64,000 nt of DNA from Bacteroidota bacterium (GCA_037133555.1 JBAXNW010000011.1:8971-72970); one strand, 5' to 3'. Counted from the stretch's first letter, positions 19,814 through 29,428 are shown. Numbers and translations are program-made. Notes: generated by a model not told the origin, from the letters alone.

Positions 19814-22800
19814 TTAAAAGGTAAAACGTAAACTTGCACCAAAACTTCTGGTAGTAGGAGCTGCGCTAAATTCACCATAATCAGCATTTAAATCATTCCC
19901 GAAAGTAGTTAATTCAGGATCGATGAAATGATTATCTGATGGGGTAAATAATAATAGATTACGTCCGATTATACTTAAAGAAGCATCACCGAATGGAGTT
20001 TTAGCTAACCATTTTTTTGGAAAGGTATAAGTTAAAACCACTTCACGAAGTTTAATAAATGATTTATTAATTAAAAACTCACGGGCAAAATTTCCAGCAC
20101 CTCTGGTTTGATCATAATATTGATACAAAGTGGCTGATTGATGAGAAATGGCAGTTGTATTTTCGGTATAACCTGTAATGGCACCATTTGCATCATAAAT
20201 TGCCTGAACTGAATTAGGAATAATGAAAGGCTGACGATCATTGTAAGTTGTTTCAGGGGCAGTCCCTGCAAAATACATCATTTCTTTGGTACGTGAATAC
20301 ATTAAACCACCTTGGCGAATATCAAATGAAAAAGACAATGCCCAGTTTTTGTAGGTTAGGTTGTTAGAAATACCTGCCATCCAATCATACTGTGAACTTC
20401 CGAGTATTTGATTAACTGGATCTGCAACTGGTAAACCACTGCCATCAACTACAATATGACCATTACCATCTGTTAAAGCGACTGCTCCTTCAAACATACC
20501 TAAAGGTTGTCCTGGAACAGCTACAAAACCTAAACGGCTGGTTCCGCCTAAGTCAACTTTGGTAAGACTTGAATTTAATTCTTCAAGTTTATTGTTGTTT
20601 TTAGAGAAATTTACGGAAATTTCCCATTTAAAATCAGCATTTTTCAAAGGAGTACCTTTTACTAAAACTTCAATACCACGGTTTGAAATTTTACCTAAGT
20701 TCATCGTTTGATATTGATAACCACTTGAGTAGGCTAAAGGCACAGGGTAAATTAAATCGGTTGTGATTTTATTGTAAAAAGTAAAATCAATACCTAATCG
20801 ATTGTTCAAAAAACGCAAATCGGTTCCGATTTCAAATTCAGTAGTAATTTCTGGTTTTAAAGAAGGGTTACCAATAGTATTACCAACAGTTAAAGCATTA
20901 ATTCCACCCAAAGGCCAATCTAAACCACGATAACCATCGGCATAATTAGACTGTGTAAATGAATTGAAAATAAGATAAGGATTGGCATCATTTCCAACCT
21001 GTGCTAAACCCATTCTGATTTTTCCAAAAGGAATGATGTTTGTAATTTCAGGATAAAACTCAGTAAATACAAAAGACACATTGGCTCCTGGATAAAAGAA
21101 AGAACGATTTTCTTCAGGTAAAGTTGATGACCAATCGTTTCTGGCATTTAACTGTAAATTTAAATATTTTTTATAGTTAAAGTCGGCACTCATATAAACG
21201 CCATATAGTCTTCTCATCATAGTTGCTTCAGCTACAGAAGGAGTGGAAGAACTATTGGATAAATTGTAAAAATAAGGAATATTTAATCCAATTACTTGAG
21301 TAGACAAGGTTTTAGAATTTCTTTGGTTAACATTCCATCCTACCAATCCGCTGAATTCAATGTCCTGATTCAAACTACGGTTAAAGTTTAAAATAAGATC
21401 ACTGTTAAACTCACGGTTAAAATAGGTTTGTTCAATATCTGTTCCTGGATCATCACTATAATTATTTCTAACATAGTCGGTTATGGCACGCCATTCTTTT
21501 AACTGAGAATTAGCTACATCTGAACCCACTTTCCAGGAGGCATTCATCCAATCGTTAAATTTATAATCCAGTCCAATATTTCCAAAAACACGGTCTTCGT
21601 TAAAATCGTTTCCATGTTCATTCAATACATAATAAGGATTTGCAGCATAACCATTGTAATAATTGTCTAAATTATACCATTTGCTCTTATAATCCGCCTG
21701 ATCAACAATACTGATATCTCTTGGCGTTTGCATGATGTTATCATAAACAGATTGATCCTGACCGGTAGGAACAAATTTACTTTGTTTTTTAACATACGAA
21801 ATGGAACCAGAACTTGTAAAATTATTGTCTAATTTAGTAGTACCTCTCAATGAAAGCGTATTTCTTTTATAACTATCCGCATTGGTTGGGAAAATTCCAT
21901 CAGAATTAATATTAGAATAAGAAAAGAAGTAACTTGATTTTTCATTGGAGTTAGCAATTGAAATTGAATTATCAAATGTAGTTCCAACATCAAAGAAATC
22001 TCTTACGTTATTAGGAAGCGCAACATAATTTTTAATCTGTTGTTGGTTGTTTACAACATGACCCCAAACTCTAGGTACAGCAACGGCGTCAAATTTTGGG
22101 CCCCAGCTTGTATTTTCGATTACATCAGATTTACCATTAAAACCTTCGCCGAATTCATTTTGAAATGTAGGTAAACGTAAAGGAGTTTCTGCAAAAAAAG
22201 TGGTAGTAAATGTAATATCAGCTCCTTTTTTCTTTACACCTCTTACGAGATCTTTTCCTTTTTTAGTTGTAATAACAATTACACCATTAGCAGCTCTAGA
22301 TCCATAAAGAATGGTAGCAGAAGATCCCTTTAGGAAAGAAATACTTTCAATATCATCAGGATTAATATCATTTCCCCTGTTACCAAAATCGGTTCCACCA
22401 TTTAAACTTGTACTACCGATAGCTGAATTATTGATAGGTACTCCATCAACAACATATAATGCCTGATTGCTACCTGTTAATGAAGAGAAACCTCTTGAAA
22501 TAACTCTTGTAGAAGCACCAGGACTAGAAGAAGCAGTTGAAATATTTACCCCTGCTATTTTTCCTTGCAATGCATTCAGGGGGCTTCTGTCACGAGATTT
22601 CATGATTTCGTCAGAATTTACCTGAGTAGCAGAGTAACCAAGATTACGCTCTTGTTTTTTCACACCAATAGCGGTAACAACAACAGCATCAAGGTTCATT
22701 ACATCTGTAGCCATCACTACATCAATAATGTTTCTGCTTCCAATTTTCACTTCCTGGGTTTTCAAACCCACAAAAGTAAAAACTAATACATCTGATTTCT

Positions 22801-22996
22801 CAGGAACAGTTATACGGTATTTACCATCTATATCAGTGGTAGTGCCATGTAAAGTTCCTTTTACAACAATCTGAACACCAGGAATACTGGCTCCGTCATC
22901 TGCACCTGTTACCTTTCCTGTGATAACTTTTTGTGCTTGAATCACTTGCATTCCCATCAGTAAGAGGGCGACAAGTAGAAATGTAATTTTTCTCAT
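19814..22996 (-). CDS. SusC/RagA-family TonB-linked outer-membrane transporter
   Basis: 1060 aa. Signal peptide, carboxypeptidase-regulatory-like domain (KVTGADDGASIPGVQIVVKGT), plug (NALQGKIAGVNI ... RGFSSL), long beta-barrel ending in ...SLRFTF. Confidence 0.95.
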   Translation of the reverse strand: MRKITFLLVALLLMGMQVIQAQKVITGKVTGADDGASIPGVQIVVKGTLHGTTTDIDGKYRITVPEKSDVLVFTFVGLKTQEVKIGSRNIIDVVMATDVMNLDAVVVTAIGVKKQERNLGYSATQVNSDEIMKSRDRSPLNALQGKIAGVNISTASSSPGASTRVISRGFSSLTGSNQALYVVDGVPINNSAIGSTSLNGGTDFGNRGNDINPDDIESISFLKGSSATILYGSRAANGVIVITTKKGKDLVRGVKKKGADITFTTTFFAETPLRLPTFQNEFGEGFNGKSDVIENTSWGPKFDAVAVPRVWGHVVNNQQQIKNYVALPNNVRDFFDVGTTFDNSISIANSNEKSSYFFSYSNINSDGIFPTNADSYKRNTLSLRGTTKLDNNFTSSGSISYVKKQSKFVPTGQDQSVYDNIMQTPRDISIVDQADYKSKWYNLDNYYNGYAANPYYVLNEHGNDFNEDRVFGNIGLDYKFNDWMNASWKVGSDVANSQLKEWRAITDYVRNNYSDDPGTDIEQTYFNREFNSDLILNFNRSLNQDIEFSGLVGWNVNQRNSKTLSTQVIGLNIPYFYNLSNSSSTPSVAEATMMRRLYGVYMSADFNYKKYLNLQLNARNDWSSTLPEENRSFFYPGANVSFVFTEFYPEITNIIPFGKIRMGLAQVGNDANPYLIFNSFTQSNYADGYRGLDWPLGGINALTVGNTIGNPSLKPEITTEFEIGTDLRFLNNRLGIDFTFYNKITTDLIYPVPLAYSSGYQYQTMNLGKISNRGIEVLVKGTPLKNADFKWEISVNFSKNNNKLEELNSSLTKVDLGGTSRLGFVAVPGQPLGMFEGAVALTDGNGHIVVDGSGLPVADPVNQILGSSQYDWMAGISNNLTYKNWALSFSFDIRQGGLMYSRTKEMMYFAGTAPETTYNDRQPFIIPNSVQAIYDANGAITGYTENTTAISHQSATLYQYYDQTRGAGNFAREFLINKSFIKLREVVLTYTFPKKWLAKTPFGDASLSIIGRNLLLFTPSDNHFIDPELTTFGNDLNADYGEFSAAPTTRSFGASLRFTF

Positions 22997-23131
22997 AGAA
23001 AGTTAAGTTTAATTAATAAATGTTGTTAATTTTAAGTGGATGATATATAGAGGTTTAACTAATTACATCATAAAATTCTAAAGGTTTTCTCAAATTGTAT
23101 TGCAATGTTAATCATTTTTTTAAACGAAATC

Positions 23132-23139
23132 CAAATTTA
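23132..23139 (-). promoter_or_regulatory. Candidate -7 box (TAAATTTG on the minus strand) for the SusC operon
   Basis: The plus strand reads CAAATTTA, ~136 nt upstream of the SusC ATG. Confidence 0.25.
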
Positions 23140-23232
23140 TTTTAACTTTTTTTATCTTTTTTTAAATAAATTTAAAACATATTTTGCAATTATCTGTTTA
23201 TTACTAATTTATAGAAAAGATTATTTAATATT

Positions 23233-23248
23233 TATTTTTGTAATTTTG
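23233..23248 (+). promoter_or_regulatory. Candidate -7 boxes (TATTTTTG, TAATTTTG) for the TonB-dependent receptor gene
   Basis: Two adjacent octamers fitting TAnnTTTG, 39-54 nt upstream of the ATG at 23287. Confidence 0.35.
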
Positions 23249-23286
23249 CATCAATTTTATAGAATATTCTAATAAACCCTAGATTT

Positions 23287-25686
23287 ATGAACAGCATCCT
23301 CAGATACAACACAATATTTATTCCTATTTTTCTTACAATTATATTTGCAAACTCACTATTTGCTCAAAATGCTACTGTTAAAGGCAGAATTTTCAATTCA
23401 AAAAATAATGAGTCCATTCCTTTTGCCAATCTTATTATTAAAGGTACAAATATGGCCGTTTCATCTGATGTAAATGGCAGTTTTCAATTTACGAATGTTA
23501 AACCAGGATATATTCAATTGGCTGCAACATCTGTCGGTTTTGAAGGATTCATAAGTGCTGAATTCATGGCAACTTCAGGAAAAACTAAATTTATTGATAT
23601 TCCGATGCATGAAGTTGAAATCAGCTTAGCAGAAGTTGAAATTAAAGCTAAACCCTTCCAAAGGGATGAAGAAAGTCCGCTATCAATGAAAAGCATTGGT
23701 ATTGCAGAAATAGAAAAGAGCCCAGGAGGTAACAGGGATATTTCAAAAGTGCTGCAATCATTACCTGGCGTTGCTTCTACACCTGCCTACAGGAATGATA
23801 TCATTGTTAGAGGTGGTGGTAGCAGCGAAAATAAATTTTTTCTGGATGGTATCGAAATACCAAATTTGAATCATTTTGCCACTCAAGGTGCTTCAGGTGG
23901 CCCTATAGGTATTGTAAATATAGATTTTGTTAGGGAAATCGAATTTTACTCAGGAGCTTTTCCTGCCAATAAAGGAAATGCTTTGAGTTCGATACTTGAT
24001 ATGCGATTGATGGATGGAAATCCCGATAATTTAAAATTTAAAGCAAGCTTTGGAGCTTCTGATCTGGCTCTTACGCTTGATGGACCGATTCATAAAAAAA
24101 CGACTTTCATATTCTCTGCCCGCAGATCTTATCTTCAGTTCCTCTTTAGTGCAATTGGCTTACCATTTTTACCAACTTACAATGATTTTCAATGGAAATC
24201 CAAAACAAAATTTGACTTAAAAAATGAATTAACAATTATTGGAATTGGAGCCATTGATCAATTTAACCTCAATACCGGTATCAAAAACCCAAACGAAAGT
24301 CAAAAATACATATTGGGATACTTACCCGTATTTAAACAATGGAACTATGCAATTGGTGGCGTTTTTAAACATTATAGAACAAATTCTTACGATACTTATG
24401 TATTGAGCAGGAATATGCTAAGAAATACATCCTATAAATTTCCAGGCAATGATGAATCAAAACCTAAAATACTGGATTACACATCCGACGAAATTGAAAA
24501 TAAATTTCGCTTCGAAAGAAATACACATACAGTGGAATATAAAATCAATTTCGGAATGGGATTGGAATATAACCGATACAACAACACGACTTTTCAGAAA
24601 ATTCTGGCAAAAGACAGTTTGATTTTTATTAATTATAATTCCAAACTCGATTTGTTTGCATGGAATGCTTTTGGTCAAATTAGCAAATCATATTTTGGCA
24701 ACCGATTGACGATGTCATTGGGCGTTAGAATGGATGCAAACTCATATGACCCTAAGATGTCAAATTTACTCAATCAGTTTTCGCCCCGCATTTCAGCTTC
24801 ATATGGTCTGACCGAAGTTTTATTTTTAAATGCTAACGTAGGAAGGTATTACCAGCGACCAGCTTATACCACTTTAGGCTTTCGTAGTAATACCGGAGAA
24901 CTTGTAAATAAACAGCATGAAATCACCTATATTGCTGTTGATCATTTTGTTACAGGTTTCGATTATTTATTTGGAGAAAACGCCAAATTAACGATGGAAG
25001 GATTTTATAAAGTTTATCATAATTATCCTTTTTCAGTAAATGATTCGGTTTCTATCGCCAGCAAAGGTGCAGATTATGGTACTTTTGGTGATGAGGCAGT
25101 TACTTCCACATCCGAAGGAAGAGCCTATGGATGTGAAATTTATTACCGAAATATTAATCTGAAAGGGTTTAATATAATTCTTTCTTATACTTTTGTAAGA
25201 AGCGAATTCAAAGAAAAAACCCAACAATATATTCCTTCGGCATGGGATAATAAACATATCTTGAATTTTACGATCAAGAGAAACCTTGGTAGAAATTGGG
25301 ACATGGGTGCTAAATGGCGCTTTGTAGGAGGAGCTCCTTATACACCGATAGATATAGTAACATCTTCAAATCGTGCAATATGGGATTCAAAAGGAAGAGG
25401 CTATCTTAATTACAATGCTTTTAATTCAGAACGTCTGAGCTCTTTTAATCAATTGGATATTAGGATAGATAAACAATACTTCTTTAAAAAGTGGGCATTG
25501 AACTTTTACCTGGATATACAGAATTTACTAGCCTATAAATCAGAGCAACAACCACTTTATACGAATCTGGATATTAATGGGAACATTGCGGTTGACCCCA
25601 ATGATCCAACAAAATATTTATTAAGAAAGATAGAAGATTTTTCCGGAAATGTATTGCCAACAATAGGAATAATAGTGGAATTTTAA
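23287..25686 (+). CDS. TonB-dependent receptor with a carboxypeptidase-regulatory-like N-domain
   Basis: 799 aa. Signal peptide, ATVKGRIFNSKNNESIPFANLIIKGT, plug-like SPGGNRDISKVLQSLPGV ... IIVRGG, beta-barrel ending ...GIIVEF. Confidence 0.8.
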   Translation: MNSILRYNTIFIPIFLTIIFANSLFAQNATVKGRIFNSKNNESIPFANLIIKGTNMAVSSDVNGSFQFTNVKPGYIQLAATSVGFEGFISAEFMATSGKTKFIDIPMHEVEISLAEVEIKAKPFQRDEESPLSMKSIGIAEIEKSPGGNRDISKVLQSLPGVASTPAYRNDIIVRGGGSSENKFFLDGIEIPNLNHFATQGASGGPIGIVNIDFVREIEFYSGAFPANKGNALSSILDMRLMDGNPDNLKFKASFGASDLALTLDGPIHKKTTFIFSARRSYLQFLFSAIGLPFLPTYNDFQWKSKTKFDLKNELTIIGIGAIDQFNLNTGIKNPNESQKYILGYLPVFKQWNYAIGGVFKHYRTNSYDTYVLSRNMLRNTSYKFPGNDESKPKILDYTSDEIENKFRFERNTHTVEYKINFGMGLEYNRYNNTTFQKILAKDSLIFINYNSKLDLFAWNAFGQISKSYFGNRLTMSLGVRMDANSYDPKMSNLLNQFSPRISASYGLTEVLFLNANVGRYYQRPAYTTLGFRSNTGELVNKQHEITYIAVDHFVTGFDYLFGENAKLTMEGFYKVYHNYPFSVNDSVSIASKGADYGTFGDEAVTSTSEGRAYGCEIYYRNINLKGFNIILSYTFVRSEFKEKTQQYIPSAWDNKHILNFTIKRNLGRNWDMGAKWRFVGGAPYTPIDIVTSSNRAIWDSKGRGYLNYNAFNSERLSSFNQLDIRIDKQYFFKKWALNFYLDIQNLLAYKSEQQPLYTNLDINGNIAVDPNDPTKYLLRKIEDFSGNVLPTIGIIVEF

Positions 25687-25794
25687 ACACATCCCCTATT
25701 TCAAATCTGAGAAAATTGAAACTTTTATTCTTACACTGCCTTCTTAGTGTGTAGAGTACAAAAAGACATCTATTTATAAACTATATTTTTTCGT

Positions 25795-25822
25795 CAAGAA
25801 AAAATTAAATAATTTTTTCTTG
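25795..25822. promoter_or_regulatory. Perfect 12+12 palindrome, candidate TetR operator
   Basis: CAAGAAAAAATT-AAAT-AATTTTTTCTTG. It lies 20-50 nt upstream of the -7 box of the TetR gene. Confidence 0.4.
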
Positions 25823-25841
25823 GTATTCATAAAAATTATAT

Positions 25842-25849
25842 TAATTTTG
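25842..25849 (+). promoter_or_regulatory. Candidate -7 box (TAATTTTG) for the TetR-efflux operon
   Basis: Fits TAnnTTTG, 18 nt upstream of the ATG at 25867. A second in-frame ATG at 25894 is an alternative start. Confidence 0.4.
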
Positions 25850-25866
25850 CCATCTGGTTAAACTAT

Positions 25867-26505
25867 ATGATTAAACCATTTAATAAAACAAATATGAGCA
25901 CGCAGGAAACAGATACAGAACAGCTTATATTAAAAGCTGCAAAAAATGTCTTTTTTAAAAAAGGTTACGATGGAGCACGAATGCAGGAAATTGCTGATGA
26001 AGCTGGCATGAACAAAGCCTTGTTACATTATTACTTCCGCAGCAAAGATAAATTATTTGAAGCTATTTTTAAAAATGCATTTCAGCAATTTATTCCTGTA
26101 ATGGTTGAGAACATTTTATCTGGTATTTCGTTAGAAAAAAAAATTGAAATCTTTGTAGATAATTACCTGAAAGTACTTATAGAAAATCCACAACTACCAA
26201 ATTTTGTGCTGACTGAAATTAACAGAGACCCGGATAGAATATTTGAAATGTTCGGTAAAATGGGATTTAAACCTGAAATCGTGTTACAAAGCATCCAAAA
26301 AGATATGGATGAAGGGAAGGTGAAATCTATGGATCCAAGGCATCTGCTAATAAATATTATCTCCCTCTGCGCATTTCCTTTTGCTGCTAAGCCATTGATG
26401 CAAATTATGTTATTCAATAATGATGCCCAAAAATACAATGATTTCCTCGAAGAACGCAAAAAAGAAGTGAGTCAATTTATCATTCATTCTATTAAAATTA
26501 ATTAA
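25867..26505 (+). CDS. TetR/AcrR-family transcriptional regulator
   Basis: 212 aa. N-terminal HTH (ILKAAKNVFFKKGYDGARMQEIADEAGMNKALLHYYFRSKDKLF). Confidence 0.9.
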   Translation: MIKPFNKTNMSTQETDTEQLILKAAKNVFFKKGYDGARMQEIADEAGMNKALLHYYFRSKDKLFEAIFKNAFQQFIPVMVENILSGISLEKKIEIFVDNYLKVLIENPQLPNFVLTEINRDPDRIFEMFGKMGFKPEIVLQSIQKDMDEGKVKSMDPRHLLINIISLCAFPFAAKPLMQIMLFNNDAQKYNDFLEERKKEVSQFIIHSIKIN

Positions 26506-26508
26506 ACC

Positions 26509-27768
26509 ATGAAACAGTTTATTGTTATAGTAAGTTGGCTGTTAACGTTGAGTGTAAATGCACAAAACATTGACTTACAATTTTGTTATCAGAAAGCCCT
26601 TGCCAATTATCCTTTAAGCAGTCAAAAAGAAAGCATTCGAAGTATAGGAGAATTAAAAATTAAAAGTCTGAATACAAATTACCTGCCTCAGGTAAATATA
26701 AACGGACAACTGAGTTATCAGTCGGATGTTACCAAAATACCAATCAAACTTCCATTGATAAGCATACCTGAAGCCTCTAAAGATATGTACAAGGCAAGTT
26801 TGGATATCAATCAGTTGATTTGGGATGGAGGCATGATTTCTGCACAGAAAAACCTTGAAGATATAAGTACTCAGGCTGAACAGCAAAATCTTGAAACAGA
26901 ATTGTATAAACTGAAAGAAAGGGTAAATCTTTTTTATTTCAATATTCTGATGCTACAACAAAATACGGATTTACTGGAAATATCAAAAAAAGACATATTA
27001 GCCAAACTCCTCAAAATAGCTTCAGGGGTTAAAAACGGAATGTTGACAGAAAGCAATGCTGATAATTTAAAAGCAGAAATCATCAAGATTGATCAGAAAA
27101 TTATTGAAATAAAGAGCAGTAAATCAGCAAATATTCAAATGTTGAATGAATTATGCGGCATTGCAATCACGGATCTTTCAGTACTTACTTTGCCAGAAAT
27201 AGCAGTCAATACCACAGGTTTCGAAAACCTTAGGCCTGAACTGAAAATTTTTGAACTGAATAAAAACAAATTAACACTTACTTCCTCTATACTTTCCACT
27301 AAAATGATGCCGAAAATTTATGGATTTGGGCAATTGGGTTATGGACGACCAGGATTAAATATGTTATCCAATGATTTTCAATCGTTTTATATAGTAGGCG
27401 CCAAATTAAGCTGGAATATATGGAACTGGAATCAAACTAAAAATGACAAAAAAATACTTGAATTACAAAAAGATATCATCAATAGCAATAAAGAAGCATA
27501 TCAGAAAAATACAAAAATGGTTTATCAAAGAGATGTAGCAGAAATTGATAAATTTACAGAATTGATTTTAAAAGATTTGGAAATCATTCAATTAAGAACA
27601 AAAATTGCCAGCAATTCTTCCTCTCAATTCGATAATGGCTACATCACTTCATCTGATTATCTGAATGATGTGAATGCAGCAACCCAGGCAAAAATCAATT
27701 TTGAAATCCACAAAATTCAATTGCAAAAAGCTAAATGTGATTATCTGGTAAATTTAGGGAAGTTATGA
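26509..27768 (+). CDS. TolC-family outer-membrane efflux protein
   Basis: 419 aa. Signal peptide. Two-fold repeat of coiled-coil/beta segments. YLPQVNINGQLSYQSD and GFGQLGYGRPGLN are typical of OEP proteins. ATG lies 4 nt after the TetR stop. Confidence 0.85.
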   Translation: MKQFIVIVSWLLTLSVNAQNIDLQFCYQKALANYPLSSQKESIRSIGELKIKSLNTNYLPQVNINGQLSYQSDVTKIPIKLPLISIPEASKDMYKASLDINQLIWDGGMISAQKNLEDISTQAEQQNLETELYKLKERVNLFYFNILMLQQNTDLLEISKKDILAKLLKIASGVKNGMLTESNADNLKAEIIKIDQKIIEIKSSKSANIQMLNELCGIAITDLSVLTLPEIAVNTTGFENLRPELKIFELNKNKLTLTSSILSTKMMPKIYGFGQLGYGRPGLNMLSNDFQSFYIVGAKLSWNIWNWNQTKNDKKILELQKDIINSNKEAYQKNTKMVYQRDVAEIDKFTELILKDLEIIQLRTKIASNSSSQFDNGYITSSDYLNDVNAATQAKINFEIHKIQLQKAKCDYLVNLGKL

Positions 27769-27775
27769 AGAAAAT

Positions 27776-27838
27776 AGAGTACTTAGAGTACTTAGAGTTC
27801 CTTGAGTACTTAAAGTAAATGAGTGCCTTGAGTAATAA
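27776..27838. repeat. Seven tandem 9-nt units (AGAGTACTT consensus, decaying) in the TolC-HlyD spacer
   Basis: AGAGTACTT AGAGTACTT AGAGTTCCT TGAGTACTT AAAGTAAAT GAGTGCCTT GAGTAATAA, starting 8 nt after the TolC stop. Confidence 0.85.
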
Positions 27839-27874
27839 ATTAAAAAGAAGTTTATAAATTTAAAAAATAATACG

Positions 27875-28756
27875 ATGAAAAATAAATATGGATTGCTTAT
27901 TTTATTAGCTGTTACAGTCCTTTCATGTAAAAACAATAATGACAAATCGGATGCCTATGGTAATTTTGAAGCCACTGAAATCATTGTTTCTGCTCAGTCA
28001 AATGGAAAATTAATTGCTTTCGAAATTGTAGAAGGTGAAATTCTAAAAAATGGAACATCCTATGGTTTTGTGGATACAACTGATTTATTTCTAAAAAAGC
28101 AACAATTATTGGCTCAGAAAAATGCTGTTTCCTCAAAAATTAAAAACATCACAGCTCAGATAGAAGTTTTACAACAACAGAAACAAAATCTGGAAACCGA
28201 TAAAGACAGGATTGTAAAAATGAATAAAGATGGAGCTGCTAGCAAAAAGCAGTTAGATGATGTAGTCGGAGGTATCGATGTAATCAATAAACAAATCAAT
28301 TCGATACAGACCCAGAGCAGCAGTGTGCTGAATGAAATCGATGGCATACAGAAACAAGTGGAACAAATAAGTTCTGCTATTGGAAAATCCTATATTCTGG
28401 ATGAAACTGGCGGAACAGTTTTGGTAAAATATGCAGAACAGGGTGAAGTTACAGCTTTTGGGAAACCTTTGTACAAAGTTGCCAATCTCAACAATATGAT
28501 ATTAAAAGTTTATGTAAGTGGTGACCAACTTCCTAAACTGAAAATAGGTGCGAAATGCAAGGTTTTGGTTGATAAAAACGAAACAGAAAATACTACACTT
28601 GAAGGTATCATAAGTTGGGTAGCTAACAATGCTGAATTTACACCTAAAATCATACAAACTAAGAAAGAAAGAGTCAACCTGGTATATGCTGTAAAAATCA
28701 ACGTTAAAAACGATGGAAGTTTGAAGATAGGGATGCCTGGAGAAGTAATATTTTAA
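27875..28756 (+). CDS. HlyD-family membrane-fusion/periplasmic adaptor lipoprotein (YbhG-like)
   Basis: 293 aa. Lipobox VLSC. Long Q-rich coiled coil (ITAQIEVLQQQKQNLETDKDR...). C-terminal beta-barrel ending GMPGEVIF. Confidence 0.85.
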   Translation: MKNKYGLLILLAVTVLSCKNNNDKSDAYGNFEATEIIVSAQSNGKLIAFEIVEGEILKNGTSYGFVDTTDLFLKKQQLLAQKNAVSSKIKNITAQIEVLQQQKQNLETDKDRIVKMNKDGAASKKQLDDVVGGIDVINKQINSIQTQSSSVLNEIDGIQKQVEQISSAIGKSYILDETGGTVLVKYAEQGEVTAFGKPLYKVANLNNMILKVYVSGDQLPKLKIGAKCKVLVDKNETENTTLEGIISWVANNAEFTPKIIQTKKERVNLVYAVKINVKNDGSLKIGMPGEVIF

Positions 28757-28771
28757 AGCTTAGCCGGAAAA

Positions 28772-28813
28772 CAGAAGACCGAATACCGAAGACCGAAGAC
28801 GGGAGACGGGAGA
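28772..28813. repeat. Six tandem 7-nt units (CCGAAGA family) immediately after the HlyD gene
   Basis: CAGAAGA CCGAATA CCGAAGA CCGAAGA CGGGAGA CGGGAGA. Confidence 0.85.
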
Positions 28814-28857
28814 TAAAAAATTCATATCTGTTCAATTAATAATTTAAAATTAAAAAA

Positions 28858-29319
28858 ATGAAATGCATCAGATTATTTTTAAGCGTACTGACTTTAACTG
28901 TTATATCACCAAGTTTTGCTTCGGCCCAAAGCAGAAAAGCCGATGACATTCTCGGTAAATGGCTTACCGATAACAACGAAGCCAAAGTTGAAATTTACAA
29001 AATTGGCACTACATATTTCGGGAAAATCGTATGGCTTAAAGAAACCAACGATAAAGAAACGACAAAGCCAAAAAAAGATAAACACAATCCTGATTCTAAA
29101 TTAAGAGAGCGTTTAATAATGGGAATGAATTTCGTTCAAGGGTTTAAATTCGACGGGGAAGATGAGTGGGAAGATGGAACTGTATACGATATTAAATCAG
29201 GCAAAACTTACAGTGGAACGATTGGGTTTGATGACAATGGGAAATTAAAGCTAAGAGGTTATATCGGAAAATCTTGGATGGGATTAGGAAAAACAACCTA
29301 TTGGACAAGAAGCAATTGA
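28858..29319 (+). CDS. DUF2147-domain secreted protein
   Basis: 153 aa. Signal peptide. GKWLTDNNEAKVEIYKIGTTYFGKIVWLKE ... GTVYDIKSGKTYSGTI ... LKLRGYIG ... WTR fits the DUF2147 pattern. Confidence 0.75.
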   Translation: MKCIRLFLSVLTLTVISPSFASAQSRKADDILGKWLTDNNEAKVEIYKIGTTYFGKIVWLKETNDKETTKPKKDKHNPDSKLRERLIMGMNFVQGFKFDGEDEWEDGTVYDIKSGKTYSGTIGFDDNGKLKLRGYIGKSWMGLGKTTYWTRSN

Positions 29320-29383
29320 GTTCATAAAATTCTTAAAGTTTATAAAGTATAGAGAGGTAATTAAAGTTGAATGAAGCACGCAT

Positions 29384-29411
29384 TCTTCAGACTTCGGTCT
29401 TCGGTCTTCCT
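29384..29411. repeat. Four tandem 7-nt units (TCTTCGG family), the reverse complement of the 28772-28813 tract
   Basis: TCTTCAG ACTTCGG TCTTCGG TCTTCCT. The reverse complement reads AGGAAGA CCGAAGA CCGAAGT CTGAAGA. Confidence 0.85.
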
Positions 29412-29428
29412 ACTAAAAATAAATATCT

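Noticed and set aside
27763-27945. A 60-aa minus-strand ORF spanning the TolC-HlyD spacer (...TLSTQGTLSTLSTLFSS).
   Set aside because: Its periodic C-terminal sequence is just the translation of the 9-nt tandem repeat. It also overlaps the well-supported HlyD start. I treat it as a repeat, not a gene.
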